Source: Catajapyx aquilonaris (lineage: Eukaryota). From it: DNA of 20,000 nucleotides. The stretch is from assembly GCA_000934665.2 (NCBI GenBank), contig KZ538062.1:116034-136033 (forward strand), given 5' to 3'. Shown here in pieces: positions 19,398 to 20,000 of the stretch. The notes below the pieces were generated by a model. The model had not been told where the DNA came from and did not search any database. It was given only the letters and a program-made list of their open reading frames with translations. How positions within the stretch are numbered: the first letter of the stretch is position 1; each line of letters begins with the position of its first letter. Made by a program: the position numbers and the translations under genes.

Positions 19398-19909
19398 CTG
19401 AAAGAAAACCATAATTTCCATTACATTACAATCACCAACCCTTAAATACTACATTAATCTGAAAATAGCAGCCTGCATGTGATAGTATTTGTTATGTACA
19501 ATAAAACTAATCATGCAAGACAAGAAAATAATGGGCAAATTCTATTATGGCAATAAATAGCTTAGGGTCTACTCATGATTACACAACAACGAACTGCACC
19601 TTACTGTGCATGTAGCTAATTCCTCGGAAAGGCATTTTGTCTATACCGTGCATTGTTTCATTTCAGTGGTGACTTGTAATAAGTGATGTTCTGCAGATTC
19701 CAGTTTTGCAAAAATCTGCATTTCAAATTCTCAGTTTTGCAATACCTACTATAAAATGATGACAGGAGGCACTAGGAAAGTTAGATCAATTACATTTTTA
19801 ATTGTCAAGATTATGATTCATTTTTCAAGCTGTCAATAGTTCATTAACATGCAAATAATGATATTAATGTGTCCCAAATAATATTTCCCACTGCATATTA
19901 CCATATATA

Positions 19910-20000
19910 CAGGGTGTTTATTGTAACTCTGCAAAGACTTTCAGGGGTAATAGAGGGGACCAAGACAAGTATTTTAGACATAGGAACCTGTGTCCGGAAA
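19910..20000. mobile_element. Start of a Tc1/mariner-type non-autonomous element (runs off window)
   Basis: TA|CAGGGTGTT terminal motif typical of arthropod Tc1/mariner MITEs; the other end is not visible. Confidence 0.45.

Overview
Eukaryotic, most likely arthropod, genomic DNA with two intron-containing genes arranged tail-to-tail. (1) A complete CCT2/TCP-1-beta chaperonin gene on + with 7 coding exons (5968..9994, 535 aa). It has an ATG-only first coding exon and a TCT/5'TOP-like start site. (2) Most of an ArfGAP2/3 (Glo3-type) gene on - (19397..12081; 5' end beyond the window). A decayed D,D34D mariner transposase lies between them. SINEs, MITEs, a Helitron/HINE-like element and a piggyBac-like element fill the introns and the upstream region. 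The most notable find is a pair of diverged paralogous ~225-nt structured RNAs in CCT2 introns 1 and 3. Each has an H box, an ACA box, an atypical three-hairpin fold, many compensatory base changes and an invariant apical loop; they are possibly SNORA81-related (unverified recall). The ArfGAP gene also shows a cluster of candidate alternative C-terminal exons and an in-frame 57-nt cassette exon. All calls are from manual reading; no database searches were run.
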